In this document: in pieces, positions 14,633-24,894 of the stretch
How the letters are laid out: the number at the start of each line of letters is the position of its first letter
How positions within the stretch are numbered: the first letter of the stretch is position 1
Source: a virus
Length of the DNA stretch: 53,224 nt
Virus record (IMG/VR): IMGVR_UViG_3300036791_000129
Coordinates: 1-53,224 of that record
Direction: 5' to 3' (one strand)
Translations under genes and position numbers: made by a program
Notes under the pieces: generated by a model
The model's database searches: none
What the model saw: only the letters and a program-made list of their open reading frames with translations
What the model was told of the DNA's origin: nothing

Positions 14633-16741
14633 TTAGAATGTTCCTCCATCGAAAACAATACCGTCAATGGAGCCGCCTGTTATGAGAACGTTATTTGCAT
14701 TCTGTGTTGCCATCGTTCCTAACCCAGTTATTGAAGTATTAGGAATAGTTGTTGAGGCAGTAAAGGCGTTAGTTCCACTAGCACTAACGAAACCAGTCAA
14801 TGTAGTTGCGCCGGTGCCGCCACGATTAACAGGAATAGTTGTTGCGGCCCACGCGCCAGATGTAACAGTTCCAAGATTTACAATTGAACTTTGACCAGCA
14901 TAGTTAGCATCAATATCTACACCAGTTGAACTAACATAAATTCGATTGGTCGTTCCTTTTACATAAAGTGCATTGCCTACTTTATAAAGACCATCACCAG
15001 GAGTAACAACACCCGCACTTGAAAATTGAATCCAACTAATGCCCGTAGTGCCTAATGTTCCGCCAGGATCAACGGTGCAAAGCCATCCAGTATCAGCGTT
15101 AGTTGTTCCTTCTTCAACAAATACATAAGCTGAAACTAACTCAGTCCAACTGTCTGTATCTGTAGGACGTGCCCACGCGCCAGCAGCAACAACATAAATA
15201 CCGTTAGCTGATGCTGTTGTTTGGTCTTTAACTAATACGCGATTACCAACAACTAACACTATACCATCTATTGTTTGCGTTCCAGAAAGTGTTATATTAG
15301 TTCCAGTAGTAGCAACCAAACATGCGGGTTTGCCACTTAATCCTTGCGCAGTCAAATCGACATAGTTACGAGTGGCAGCATCTTGTGGATTGACGGGATC
15401 AAGCAGATTTATAATATTATGAGAATTAAGATTTACATTGCCGCCAAACGATGCAGTGCCGGTCGCAGTTACGTTAGTAAAAGTGCCAATATTCGCTGTT
15501 GTCGAACCAATAGGCGGAGGCGAAGCAAACAACGTTGTAAAACCAGCACCACTAACTACACCGGGCACATTAAGCGTAACAGTAGCAGCAAGATTAACTG
15601 TCCCAAGTCCAATCGTCATTATACTCGCGCCAGCAACTACAAATTCATGCAGCGCGCCACTTGGAACAATATAATCTAAATTGTTATTAAAAACATTAAA
15701 ACCATATGTCGTGCTATAAAGTGCGATATGCCGCGATAGATCACTAATGCCGCCCGGAGCATTGATGCTGCCGAATGATTCTCCTGCATTGAACGTTACA
15801 AGTCCAGAAGCATTAGCTATAGGCAAACTAACGGTGCCAGTAAAAATTGGACTCGCAAGCGGCGCATATGGAGCCATAAGGTTAGTGAAGCCAGTTCCAC
15901 TAACTGCGCCACCAACACTAAAGTTGCCAACAACGTTTACGCCAGCAGCACCAGCAAAAGAATATCCGCCACTACCTGTTTCTGAAAAAACAACTGCGTT
16001 CGTTGCCGCAGCGCCAGGAGTAATAGTTAGTGCGTCGTTAGCAGCAGTTCCTACTGTCATTGCGCCAGTAAATGTAGAATTACCTGACGATCTTAAAATG
16101 GTTACAACAGCAGGTTGAAGCGTGCCTCCATCATTAAGCGGAACTAACGCAAAATCAGATCCAGTATTAGAACCACCTTCTGGTGTTGCGTTAGCTTGTA
16201 TTTGCCAACGACCAGCACTAGCAGTTTGCATACTAAAGGTGCGAACTGAACCTGCCGGGCCATTTACATTGCAATTAACTGGAGATGTATCAGTTCCGAT
16301 TGCAACATGACCAGTAAACTGAAAATTGGCAGTAGTAAGCGTGCCAGTCTGGGAAAATACGAATGCATTGGATCGTGTTGCCCCTGGCGTAACTGTCATT
16401 GCGTTGTTAGTCGAAGTACCAATAGTCAATGCGCCGGTTAATGTTCCGCCTGTAGTTGCTAATCTAGATGCATCACTAGGATGTACATGATCGCCACGCG
16501 ACCAAAAAGTTAAAGTGCCAGCATTGCCAACAGTTCCGCTATTACTAACGGGCGCGGTAGTGCTGGCCAAACCAGGACCAGCAATTGGCAGCACACCCGC
16601 TGCAAGTGTTCCACTAACTCCAGTTCCATAATATAAAATGTTTTCGCCTTCGTTAAAAGCTAACTCAGCATTCAACATTGTTGATGGGCCACCGGAACCA
16701 ATACCGGAAGCGCGCCGCTTAATTCTAACAGTGTCAACCAT
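14633..16741 (-). CDS. Tail-fibre protein (702 aa)
   Basis: Its N-terminus, MVDTVRIKRRASG...AELAFNE...LYYGTG...VLPIAGPG, is paralogous to that of the 1605-aa fibre. It has an RGDHVHPSD motif, one DLSRHIALYSTTYGFNV module and ends ...DGGTF. Confidence 0.75.
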   Translation of the reverse strand: MVDTVRIKRRASGIGSGGPSTMLNAELAFNEGENILYYGTGVSGTLAAGVLPIAGPGLASTTAPVSNSGTVGNAGTLTFWSRGDHVHPSDASRLATTGGTLTGALTIGTSTNNAMTVTPGATRSNAFVFSQTGTLTTANFQFTGHVAIGTDTSPVNCNVNGPAGSVRTFSMQTASAGRWQIQANATPEGGSNTGSDFALVPLNDGGTLQPAVVTILRSSGNSTFTGAMTVGTAANDALTITPGAAATNAVVFSETGSGGYSFAGAAGVNVVGNFSVGGAVSGTGFTNLMAPYAPLASPIFTGTVSLPIANASGLVTFNAGESFGSINAPGGISDLSRHIALYSTTYGFNVFNNNLDYIVPSGALHEFVVAGASIMTIGLGTVNLAATVTLNVPGVVSGAGFTTLFASPPPIGSTTANIGTFTNVTATGTASFGGNVNLNSHNIINLLDPVNPQDAATRNYVDLTAQGLSGKPACLVATTGTNITLSGTQTIDGIVLVVGNRVLVKDQTTASANGIYVVAAGAWARPTDTDSWTELVSAYVFVEEGTTNADTGWLCTVDPGGTLGTTGISWIQFSSAGVVTPGDGLYKVGNALYVKGTTNRIYVSSTGVDIDANYAGQSSIVNLGTVTSGAWAATTIPVNRGGTGATTLTGFVSASGTNAFTASTTIPNTSITGLGTMATQNANNVLITGGSIDGIVFDGGTF

Positions 16742-17355
16742 TAGAAACTGCCTCCATCATACAACGTTCTAGATGGATGAATATGATCTTGTCGCGCATA
16801 GTTCAATGAAGTTCCAACAGTTCCGGCCACACCTGTTGCTGCTTCTACTGTTGGAACTACGTTAGCAGGTTGTGGCATCGCTTGATTGTTTATCAATACT
16901 TGCCCACTGGCACGATTGATAGTAATTGGAAAATCAATTTCAGTAGTGCCGGCATCATTGAATCTTGATATTTTGAAATTTGTTCCAGCATTGCCTGTTG
17001 ATTCCGGACTATCATCTCCAAGATATAAAATCCAACGCGCCTTCAAATTACGGTTAGTGCGAACAAATGCGCCACCGTTAGTATCATTAATATCAAAAAC
17101 CACCCCTGGCCATTGCGTAACAGAAGCGATATGAATGGCACCATCACTATTGGAACCATTAAATGTTACTGGCGCACTATTCACAGTAAAAGTTGCATTT
17201 AAAGTTAGTGGACCACTAACCGTTCCACCCGTAACATCAAGTTTGCCGGATTGTAAATTTGATATTTCAGTATTGGCAATCTGAAAATTATCACGTACGC
17301 TTTGCGTTGTTGGATTGCCAAATACTGGTTTACTAAAGTCAATTTGTGAAGTCAT
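16741..17355 (-). CDS. Short tail-fibre or fibre-proximal protein (204 aa)
   Basis: ARQDHIHPS motif and a ...DGGSF ending shared with the following fibre genes. TAATG stop/start overlap. Confidence 0.6.
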   Translation of the reverse strand: MTSQIDFSKPVFGNPTTQSVRDNFQIANTEISNLQSGKLDVTGGTVSGPLTLNATFTVNSAPVTFNGSNSDGAIHIASVTQWPGVVFDINDTNGGAFVRTNRNLKARWILYLGDDSPESTGNAGTNFKISRFNDAGTTEIDFPITINRASGQVLINNQAMPQPANVVPTVEAATGVAGTVGTSLNYARQDHIHPSRTLYDGGSF

Positions 17356-17358
17356 GGA

Positions 17359-17529
17359 TTACTCTCCACTTCTCCGCGAATCTAACATTTCAACATTAGA
17401 TTTTTGCTGTTGTTCTTGAACGGTAGTGACTATCTTTTGAATAAGTGCAGCAGAGAATTTATAAGGTTGTTCAGCTAACAATTGAACAACCACATTCCAT
17501 TCATCAGCAGTCAAGTAAACAGGAATCAT
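17359..17529 (-). CDS. Hypothetical small protein (56 aa), not in the ORF track
   Basis: My translation: MIPVYLTADEWNVVVQLLAEQPYKFSAALIQKIVTTVQEQQQKSNVEMLDSRRSGE. An AGGAG Shine-Dalgarno lies 7 nt upstream of ATG 17529. Confidence 0.4.
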   Translation of the reverse strand: MIPVYLTADEWNVVVQLLAEQPYKFSAALIQKIVTTVQEQQQKSNVEMLDSRRSGE

Positions 17530-17544
17530 AACCACTCTCCTTTG

Positions 17545-18255
17545 TTATTGAGGTAACACAGATTCAACAGACATAGTTAGTACGCCTTGACCAAAACCTA
17601 CATAGCCCATATTTTGATTTGAGAAACCAAACGTAGCATTCAAATTCCAAAAGTTAATAAATAACTTTACACCGCCAGCTTTTGGAATCAAATAAGTTAA
17701 CATCTGTGAACGTGGATCATTTGATGCAATGAAATCATTGATATAAACATTTGCTTTACCGTTACCAATATCCATAATTCTAGTTTGAGTTACACCAAGC
17801 GAATAATTAAAAGCATTCATCAATTCTTCAGCAGTGCCGTGGCCATTATTCAAAAATATCTTAAACGAAATAAGTGTTCTAAGATCAGTATCACCTAATA
17901 CAGTTGACGTTGACCATGGTTCGTTTACATGTCGTAATCTAGATTGATTAAATCCAGTGCCAGATATTTGTGTAACAAAACCAAAGAAACTAACATAAAC
18001 ACTATGCGGAACAGTTCTTGATGTTCCTACAATTGACGCAATGCCATCTAACTGCGCGCCTTCTGCTGTTTCTAACCAACGATCAACATACATATCATTC
18101 AATGTTTGATCCAATATATTCAATGGATCATAAAATGCCCTAACAAAATTTTCAGTATTTGGTTTTCCTATATGTTGCGCAAGCCAGTGGCTCCATGCAA
18201 TATCAGCATGATCATGCAAAAAACCTAAAACGTCAGTTGTGTTAGTATCGCTCAT
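17545..18255 (-). CDS. Baseplate / fibre-adaptor protein (DUF2612-like pattern)
   Basis: It sits after the baseplate-J-like gene. The ...ETAEGAQLDGIASIVG..R pattern is recalled for this family. Confidence 0.5.
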   Translation of the reverse strand: MSDTNTTDVLGFLHDHADIAWSHWLAQHIGKPNTENFVRAFYDPLNILDQTLNDMYVDRWLETAEGAQLDGIASIVGTSRTVPHSVYVSFFGFVTQISGTGFNQSRLRHVNEPWSTSTVLGDTDLRTLISFKIFLNNGHGTAEELMNAFNYSLGVTQTRIMDIGNGKANVYINDFIASNDPRSQMLTYLIPKAGGVKLFINFWNLNATFGFSNQNMGYVGFGQGVLTMSVESVLPQ

Positions 18256-19733
18256 CTTCTTTTGCGACGTGAATTTAGAATATTTACATTCACACGAGTA
18301 ACATCAAACATTGATAATTCTCTTGCAGCAATTGGAAGATTTGATGAAGTATAAGCTCCTGGCGCGGGCGCAGAAATTGGGTCAGTGCCTCTTGCAACAG
18401 TAATAGTCATATTGCCAATACCAGATATAGCAGCATAAATCGGCCCGAGAAATCTTTGTATAATTATATCTTTACCAATGCCAAACGAATTTCCTGTTTG
18501 GGCAATTACAGTTTCAATTTGTTCTGCGCCAGTATCAGGGAAAGCTTCTTCGCTATACAGCGTCACACTTACATTGACCCAAATATAAACTAATGTTGGT
18601 CTGTTAAAGTTTATAGTGTGAGTAAATGCCGCACTATCAACAACAGTAAGTGTTGTGCTGCCAAACGTATCAATACCAGCCGCTTTCAACAGGAAAATTT
18701 GGTTAGCAATATCTTGGGGATTGCCACCGTCAACAATTACTTCAATGCTGTGTGGTGGTCTGCCGTCGGCATCTGGCGTATCTTCTACATTTTCAAAAAC
18801 TTCTAACGTATTCACACCAGCAATATTCTGTTGAAGATTTGCTTTAATGGATTCAATAGTTGCTGCACCAAGACGAAATACTCCTGTATCATAACGCAAA
18901 CGTAATTCATCATCAGTTTCTAGATTACGACCAGTAGCACCATCAGCTAAATTGTTAACCGCATTCCATCCACTTAATGTAGAAACTATTTGTGTTAGTT
19001 CGCCAGCAGTAACATCAACCGCACCAAAACTTTCCGCAGTAAAATTTCCTGGTGAACCAATAGTTACGAAAGTCATATATGAAGAAGTGCTGGCTACAAA
19101 TGGCACATCATCAATACCATAAACTCTAATTTGATTCCCATTCAATACAACTTCTTTACCAGAATTTTGCAATACCAAATACAAACCATTGGCAATTGAA
19201 GCTACAGTATCGCCTGATTGTGCAACATAACTATAATGTGTAGAGCCAATACCAACATAATAACCAAATCCCAATACAACAGTATTAACTTGAACTGTAA
19301 AATCAATAACACTATTGCGTGTAATAGTTATTGTAGTATCTAACAAATAATTATCTTGGGTAGTAGCATTGCTAATAATACTGCCAGAAGATATAACGGT
19401 GCCCTCAACACCATAACAAGCGGCCCATGCTGATGATTGTTGAGCAAATAAACGTCTAACGCCAGCGAAAGAAACAGCATGATCTAAGTTAATACCTGTT
19501 GCGGATATCGGATACATTGCATGATAGACAGCTTCAACTAATTCCCATAATGCAGCTTCACGTTCCGCAAAGGTATCTATAAATTGGCCAGTAATTGAAT
19601 CAGTTCTGGATTCAAAATTGATTCCAATTGTTGAATTTAAAGCAGCCAAGATTGATTGCCTAATTTCAGGCAATCGCATTCTGTTAAATCCAGTACTTAA
19701 CATTCCATATTGAGTAGTGGTTGAACTAGACAC
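18252..19733 (-). CDS. Baseplate J-like wedge protein (493 aa)
   Basis: Its size and position fit, and GATGRNLETDDELRLRY resembles the conserved baseplate-J segment. Confidence 0.6.
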   Translation of the reverse strand: MSSSTTTQYGMLSTGFNRMRLPEIRQSILAALNSTIGINFESRTDSITGQFIDTFAEREAALWELVEAVYHAMYPISATGINLDHAVSFAGVRRLFAQQSSAWAACYGVEGTVISSGSIISNATTQDNYLLDTTITITRNSVIDFTVQVNTVVLGFGYYVGIGSTHYSYVAQSGDTVASIANGLYLVLQNSGKEVVLNGNQIRVYGIDDVPFVASTSSYMTFVTIGSPGNFTAESFGAVDVTAGELTQIVSTLSGWNAVNNLADGATGRNLETDDELRLRYDTGVFRLGAATIESIKANLQQNIAGVNTLEVFENVEDTPDADGRPPHSIEVIVDGGNPQDIANQIFLLKAAGIDTFGSTTLTVVDSAAFTHTINFNRPTLVYIWVNVSVTLYSEEAFPDTGAEQIETVIAQTGNSFGIGKDIIIQRFLGPIYAAISGIGNMTITVARGTDPISAPAPGAYTSSNLPIAARELSMFDVTRVNVNILNSRRKRR

Positions 19734-20205
19734 GAGGCAGCATCCCTAACATTACACTGTCCGCAATAGGACCGAGATTAGTTGTGCAGGAAAATTCCAC
19801 AACCAACGTACGCTTCTGCCGATTCCAGTCAACAGCCAAACTGTCAACGCGAATAACGTCAGGAACACTAGCAATATGCTGCCGAAAAATAGTTTCGGCA
19901 ACTGCCATGCGCGGATTTTTGATAAGAATATCTTCAAGATACGGCACTCCATAAGTTGTATCTAGAAACCACTCGCCAAGAAACGAAAGCAAATTGATTT
20001 TGATTTGTTGTGCTACTCTATCTTGACCCTCAATTGCCCAGATAGAATACTTAGGTGCAATGTTTTGATTTGAGTCCCAAATGGATTGGTTATTATCCCA
20101 AGTGGATTGGCCACCGTCCCAAATAGAAGGATTGGCTGCCGTAACAACTATTTCTTCAAATTCTAAATCATGGGTTATTCTATTTAACGCAAGATCATAT
20201 GCCAT
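19726..20205 (-). CDS. Baseplate wedge protein (gp25 / XkdS-like)
   Basis: It lies between the spike and the J-like gene. LGEWFLDTTYGVPY pattern. Confidence 0.45.
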   Translation of the reverse strand: MAYDLALNRITHDLEFEEIVVTAANPSIWDGGQSTWDNNQSIWDSNQNIAPKYSIWAIEGQDRVAQQIKINLLSFLGEWFLDTTYGVPYLEDILIKNPRMAVAETIFRQHIASVPDVIRVDSLAVDWNRQKRTLVVEFSCTTNLGPIADSVMLGMLPRV

Positions 20206-20207
20206 AA

Positions 20208-20849
20208 CTAACTCCCCAATAACGGTTGATTAGTAGGCTGTTCAGTATCGCCATGACTATCTTGTGGCTGCGTATGCTTATGCGTTTCTAAAGTAAAATG
20301 ATTACTTGCTGTGCTAATATAAATTGTTTTGGCACTAATAGTCATACTACCATCACTGTCAATATAAATACTTGCGTTAGCGTTGCCGATTGTTATTTGA
20401 TTATCTGGTGTAATGATAACATTCGCATCGTTAAATTTAACAACCATATTATCAGGATGCCCGACAGTATCGGCAACATTAAGCCCAGGAAGGGCCACAC
20501 AATCTGAGAGATCGAACTGTCTAGGGTCACTAGGTTTCGATTCATTTCCATTTAACCAATCTTCAATTGATCGTTGTTGAAACGATAACATAACTCCATC
20601 GCCAGGTTTAATTGGCATCGTTATGCTACTAGCGCCATTTCCTGATGTTGGCCACATAACTGGCACTTCAACAATTGATGGTGCTTCTAACGAATCATCA
20701 TTTGATAATGACTTTGGCATTACTGGTTTAACTACAGCGCGATTACGCGCAGCATCATAAGAAACAATTTTTCCTGGCATAGATGTATTGATATCACTAA
20801 GCGATGATTCAACAAGCAATTGCAAAGCTTCTGTTAGGTTAGTTATCAC
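20208..20849 (-). CDS. Baseplate central spike (gpV / gp138 N-domain-like)
   Basis: PGKIVSYDAARNRAVVKP...VPVMWP...IKPGDGVMLSFQQRSIEDW matches the OB-fold spike N-domain pattern. The C-terminal tip is His-rich (HKHTQPQDSHGD). Confidence 0.6.
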   Translation of the reverse strand: MITNLTEALQLLVESSLSDINTSMPGKIVSYDAARNRAVVKPVMPKSLSNDDSLEAPSIVEVPVMWPTSGNGASSITMPIKPGDGVMLSFQQRSIEDWLNGNESKPSDPRQFDLSDCVALPGLNVADTVGHPDNMVVKFNDANVIITPDNQITIGNANASIYIDSDGSMTISAKTIYISTASNHFTLETHKHTQPQDSHGDTEQPTNQPLLGS

Positions 20850-21802
20850 GGCTCAACATCCTCAACAGCAAATTCATCATCAGCACCTTCAACACTACTA
20901 CCACGACTAGCAATGCCACCTTTATTTGTAGATTGACTAATTGGTTTCGATGGATCTACGAGTTTCATTTCACTCATCCAATCACCATCGAAATTATCTC
21001 CACGATGTGTTATTTGATCACAACGAAATACACCTTGCACATCGCGTGTATTCAACTTAACTCTATCGCCAGGGTTTATAGTTGGCATCAATAACGTTTT
21101 GACTCTCCAACCATCAAATTCTTTTAGTGGATCATTTGTTTTCTTTCGTTTAGTGTTTCCTTCATAAGCCTTACGCTCACGTTCAGGACTACCAACCATA
21201 CCGGAATTAGAACCAATTTCAATTCCTTGGCGTGTAGTCACCATGCCATTTGGTATCACTTGAATATTTCCATTTTGAATTGACCATTCCAACCCCGATC
21301 CTTTAGTTACTTTATCTAATAATGTTCTTGATGGACCAAAGAATGACATTCCATTTTGCCATATTCTATCAATAAAATTACTAGGCACAGTCAACGGTAA
21401 ACCCATACTTTTCGCAGCGTCATTAAGTATTTGCGATGCTTTAATGTTCTTGTTATAGCCAACTGATATTGTTGAATCGCGAATTTCTTGCGCACCATCA
21501 CTAATTTCAAATTCTGTAATAACATCTGGCGGCTCATATCTTGACCAAGCAATGGTTACTCCACCAGAAAAAATAAGTATTGGCCCAGCATCTTGTCCAT
21601 AGCCAGCATATAACAAACATTTAGTATCAGGTTTTTCAACTAACGCCCGACTCGATTTTTGCAAATTCCATATTTGTACTCGATTCTTATTTGGATTTTT
21701 CTTTGCAGTTTTTTCAATTTCAAAACTAATGCGCAATTGAGTAATCTCAATTCCGTTAGTTCCCTTACCAACTAACAAACGATATACTCGATCAAACAGC
21801 AA
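20846..21802 (-). CDS. Baseplate hub protein (gpD / Mu gp44-like by position)
   Basis: 318-aa ORF directly upstream of the spike gene. Start ...LRISFEIEKT...NRVQIWNL. Confidence 0.45.
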   Translation of the reverse strand: MLFDRVYRLLVGKGTNGIEITQLRISFEIEKTAKKNPNKNRVQIWNLQKSSRALVEKPDTKCLLYAGYGQDAGPILIFSGGVTIAWSRYEPPDVITEFEISDGAQEIRDSTISVGYNKNIKASQILNDAAKSMGLPLTVPSNFIDRIWQNGMSFFGPSRTLLDKVTKGSGLEWSIQNGNIQVIPNGMVTTRQGIEIGSNSGMVGSPERERKAYEGNTKRKKTNDPLKEFDGWRVKTLLMPTINPGDRVKLNTRDVQGVFRCDQITHRGDNFDGDWMSEMKLVDPSKPISQSTNKGGIASRGSSVEGADDEFAVEDVEP

Positions 21803-22163
21803 TGTTTACATTCCTATATAATGGCCAAGTTCCTATACTCATTAAATCTTGTATTGTAAAATAAATCATTTCATATTTACCTGATGAAAATCCATCACGC
21901 GGCACCGGACCATTTCTAAAATCAGCAGAACAAACTTGAATCTCCCCTGGTGGCATATCTTGATATCTAAACTGAAAAGTTAAAGGGTAGTTAGCAGATA
22001 CCGAAATCCCATCAATCAAAGTTACATAATCAGCATTCCGAATCCCCATTATCCAATACTGTCCACTGTCATTCCAATCTAACACTATATAAAACAAAAT
22101 GCCATCAAGTACTGCTTCAACAGCTTGGCTATTTTCATCAGCAATTGGAATAATAAAACTCAT
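21792..22163 (-). CDS. Hypothetical tail/baseplate protein (123 aa)
   Basis: ORF in the operon between the tape measure and the hub. Confidence 0.45.
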   Translation of the reverse strand: MSFIIPIADENSQAVEAVLDGILFYIVLDWNDSGQYWIMGIRNADYVTLIDGISVSANYPLTFQFRYQDMPPGEIQVCSADFRNGPVPRDGFSSGKYEMIYFTIQDLMSIGTWPLYRNVNIAV

Positions 22164-22819
22164 GGCAATGTTGCCGGTCTAACTGGTGCTTGTGGTCCTA
22201 ACGGATCAAGACCGTATTGACCACCTTTTATTCCATTTGCTTTAAAGCCATTAGCTAACGGACTCCTACTAGCAGAATCATCAGGATTTGCTTGACCAGT
22301 CGGTTTCTTAGTGTCTCCTGCCTTACCCTTTGCTGATGGTGCCGCTTTATCTGGTGGTAACGTTGCTTGTTTAAGCGAAACCAATTTTATTTTACGTAGC
22401 GTAGCATTTACTTGCAACCATTGACCGCCAGGATTAGTGTTTGAACGACTAACGGTTAATGTAGTAAATCCCATGTTATCATATTTACCTAATCCAGTAA
22501 CAACTGAAAACATAGCTCTACTAGCTTGCATTGTTCTCAATTGATCTATAGCATTTACTAACTTTGAATAACACAACGGACCAAACTCAAATCCCCAAGT
22601 TGTGGTTGCGGATATCGCACCATTGATAGTTAGTTCTTCATTATTTGCAGTAATGTGATCAGTAATATCCCCATCGCCTGTTTCAATTGGATATTGCGTT
22701 ACTTTAGTTGGTAAATTGATTTGTTCATTTGTCAACACATCTAGAAACAACAGCCCGAGTTGGCTTTGATTGTTCTGATAAAACAGACTGAATACTTGAT
22801 TGAGTACCGACCCACTCAC
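22160..22819 (-). CDS. Tail-tip / baseplate protein (219 aa, GTG start)
   Basis: VTQYPIETGDGDITDHI pattern, as in distal-tail / DNA-circulation-type N-domains. AAGGAA lies 9 nt upstream of GTG 22819. Confidence 0.45.
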   Translation of the reverse strand: MSGSVLNQVFSLFYQNNQSQLGLLFLDVLTNEQINLPTKVTQYPIETGDGDITDHITANNEELTINGAISATTTWGFEFGPLCYSKLVNAIDQLRTMQASRAMFSVVTGLGKYDNMGFTTLTVSRSNTNPGGQWLQVNATLRKIKLVSLKQATLPPDKAAPSAKGKAGDTKKPTGQANPDDSASRSPLANGFKANGIKGGQYGLDPLGPQAPVRPATLP

Positions 22820-22896
22820 AGATTATAGTTCCTTCTTGAATACAATACATACAATTTCCATCAACATAATACATTCCATATCCATGACGAATACAA

Positions 22897-24717
22897 TCAA
22901 TGCGTCGCTGACTCAGTTCGTGGGGTTGAAGTAACGATTGTATTGGCAATTGTATCTCCTGTGCGTTTTAACACATCAGAAATTTTAGCCTGTAGTTGAT
23001 CAGTAGTTAAGTTATCAAGATTACCATTCACAGTTATATTGCTTTCAACAATAGTTGGTGCATTTACTGTAGTGTTGCCTGCTCCTGGCGTTGGAGTAGC
23101 TACCGCGCCAGGAGTTACTAACGGTAATGGTTGCCCAAATTCATCTTTTCCACCACCAATAGTTAGCATATCTCTTAATGAAGTCCAAAAATCTTTACTG
23201 AATACACCCCATGGTTTAGCTTCTGGTTCTTTAGTAATATCAGGAATTACTAATGATGAATTTGCAGGATCATGCATTGATTGATATATATTAGCTAATT
23301 GTTCTGTTAAGAAAAGAACGCGATTGACCATAGGTATTTTTTGAATTAGTAGTAATGATTCTTTGGTGGCTGCTAACGCTGTATTTACGCCTTCAACTGC
23401 ACCCTGAACTTTTTGAATGCTGCCAACTAAACCCAAAAATTGAAGTGTTCGCCAAATTTGAAAAGCGGCAGAAATGCCAATAACTAACGCTGATACTTCT
23501 GCGATGATTGCTTTCGGATCGGTAAATGCCAGATAAATATCTTTACCTAATTTTGCCCAGTCACCATGGAATAAATCTTCAAAAACTCTGAAACCGGCAA
23601 ACAAATCTAATTGTTCAAAACTCTCTTTGAGTTTACTAAACGGACCAACGAAAGAACCAATGACTGACCCTTTACCTTGTATCCAATATACAATGTCTGA
23701 AATTGCAAGTCCAACTGCGCCAATTGCTGCGGCTAACAATAACCATGGCAAATTTGCAGCAAACGTTGCGGCAGCCCATCGTAGCATCCAATAAGTAGCT
23801 AATGTTAATTGTGCAATCAACCAAGGACCAAGTACAGCAGCTAATATAGTTCCCAATATGTCAAGAGTATTTTTCAAACCACCTAATGAACTAATCCAAT
23901 ATGTTAACCATTCTTTTGTTTTATCTGTTAACCATACAATAATACCACCAAGTTTTTGCGATACCGCTGTTATTTCCAAAAACTTTGCCATAGCTTTAGA
24001 CATGGCACTATAAGCATAAACAAATGCAGCGCCAAGTTTAGTTGGCACTTCTTCAAATTGTCGTTGCCTCTCCGGAGTAATTTGTTGTAATGCTTTAACC
24101 AATACTTCTGTAGTAATTTTATGTGCTTTGGCTAACGCGCGTAGATCGCCTCCTTTCCCTTCTGCAATAAAGTAATCCTGCAACATACGATATAAAGTAG
24201 GTGACAAACGTTCAACGCGCCCAATAGTCATCGGACGCGCGGAGCCTAATGCAAAAATTCTATTGATTGTTGAAAATAATGCTTGTGCTTGTTCAGTAGT
24301 TGCGCGATCAATGCGTAATGCTTTATAAATATTTTCTGTTGAACTCAATAGTTGATCTTGCGAAATATTCATTTCGCTAGATACATTCAACAGTTCTTTA
24401 TACGTATCCAATACGTCAGTATATGATTGTCTGGTTTCTTGCGCAATTTCAAAGGTGCGCTCCATCACATCATTTACATCATCACCACTGCGCGCAATGT
24501 TAGTTATCTGCGCACGTATTTTATTTATTTCGTTTCCACTCTCAATAAGCCCATCAACAAATTCATAAATTTTTTCAGCAGAAAATGCCAAGCCCATAGC
24601 ACCAGCCAAACCAAGTGCCATTTGCTTTATGCGCGCGAAACCTACTTCATATTGTTTTAAACCAGCTTCATCTACTTTGTAAGCAAGTAGAGTTACTAGT
24701 TCACGAACAACTGCCAC
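22897..24717 (-). CDS. Tape measure protein (606 aa, GTG start)
   Basis: Long helical protein with a central hydrophobic block (LGPWLIAQLTLATYWMLRWAAATFAANLPWLLLAAAIGAVGLAI), located downstream of the tube and chaperone genes. Confidence 0.75.
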   Translation of the reverse strand: MAVVRELVTLLAYKVDEAGLKQYEVGFARIKQMALGLAGAMGLAFSAEKIYEFVDGLIESGNEINKIRAQITNIARSGDDVNDVMERTFEIAQETRQSYTDVLDTYKELLNVSSEMNISQDQLLSSTENIYKALRIDRATTEQAQALFSTINRIFALGSARPMTIGRVERLSPTLYRMLQDYFIAEGKGGDLRALAKAHKITTEVLVKALQQITPERQRQFEEVPTKLGAAFVYAYSAMSKAMAKFLEITAVSQKLGGIIVWLTDKTKEWLTYWISSLGGLKNTLDILGTILAAVLGPWLIAQLTLATYWMLRWAAATFAANLPWLLLAAAIGAVGLAISDIVYWIQGKGSVIGSFVGPFSKLKESFEQLDLFAGFRVFEDLFHGDWAKLGKDIYLAFTDPKAIIAEVSALVIGISAAFQIWRTLQFLGLVGSIQKVQGAVEGVNTALAATKESLLLIQKIPMVNRVLFLTEQLANIYQSMHDPANSSLVIPDITKEPEAKPWGVFSKDFWTSLRDMLTIGGGKDEFGQPLPLVTPGAVATPTPGAGNTTVNAPTIVESNITVNGNLDNLTTDQLQAKISDVLKRTGDTIANTIVTSTPRTESATH

Positions 24718-24720
24718 AGA

Positions 24721-24894
24721 TTATAGCCTTCCAGCCAACACTAAAATAAGTAAGATAATTAGAATCAAACCAACGCCACTAAAACCATAATAATATGGAT
24801 ATGGATTAGGACCATACCAATTAGAATAATGGCCAGCGCCACCAAACAAAACCAAAACAATTAACAACACTATTAGTAAAGTTAGTAAGTTCAT
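24721..24894 (-). CDS. Small two-helix membrane protein (57 aa), DUF3309-like; not in the ORF track
   Basis: My translation: MNLLTLLIVLLIVLVLFGGAGHYSNWYGPNPYPYYYGFSGVGLILIILLILVLAGRL. ATGA overlap with the upstream frame. Confidence 0.5.
   Translation of the reverse strand: MNLLTLLIVLLIVLVLFGGAGHYSNWYGPNPYPYYYGFSGVGLILIILLILVLAGRL

Noticed and set aside
10932-16310. Many long plus-strand ORFs antisense to the fibre genes (10932..11489, 13893..14318, 14667..14894, 15344..16310).
   Set aside because: They are by-products of the biased G/A/T/S/N/V codon usage of the fibre genes (GNN/ANN repeats read in reverse). They have no starts with ribosome-binding sites and low-complexity products.
9815-16741. 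A possible diversity-generating retroelement targeting the fibre genes.
   Set aside because: I found no reverse transcriptase ORF and no template/variable repeat pair (near-identical 100-150-bp copies differing at adenines) anywhere in the genome.
22725-22949. The 74-aa ORF bridging the tape measure and the next gene.
   Set aside because: It overlaps both neighbours out of frame, has no ribosome-binding site and has an implausible Cys/Tyr-rich composition.
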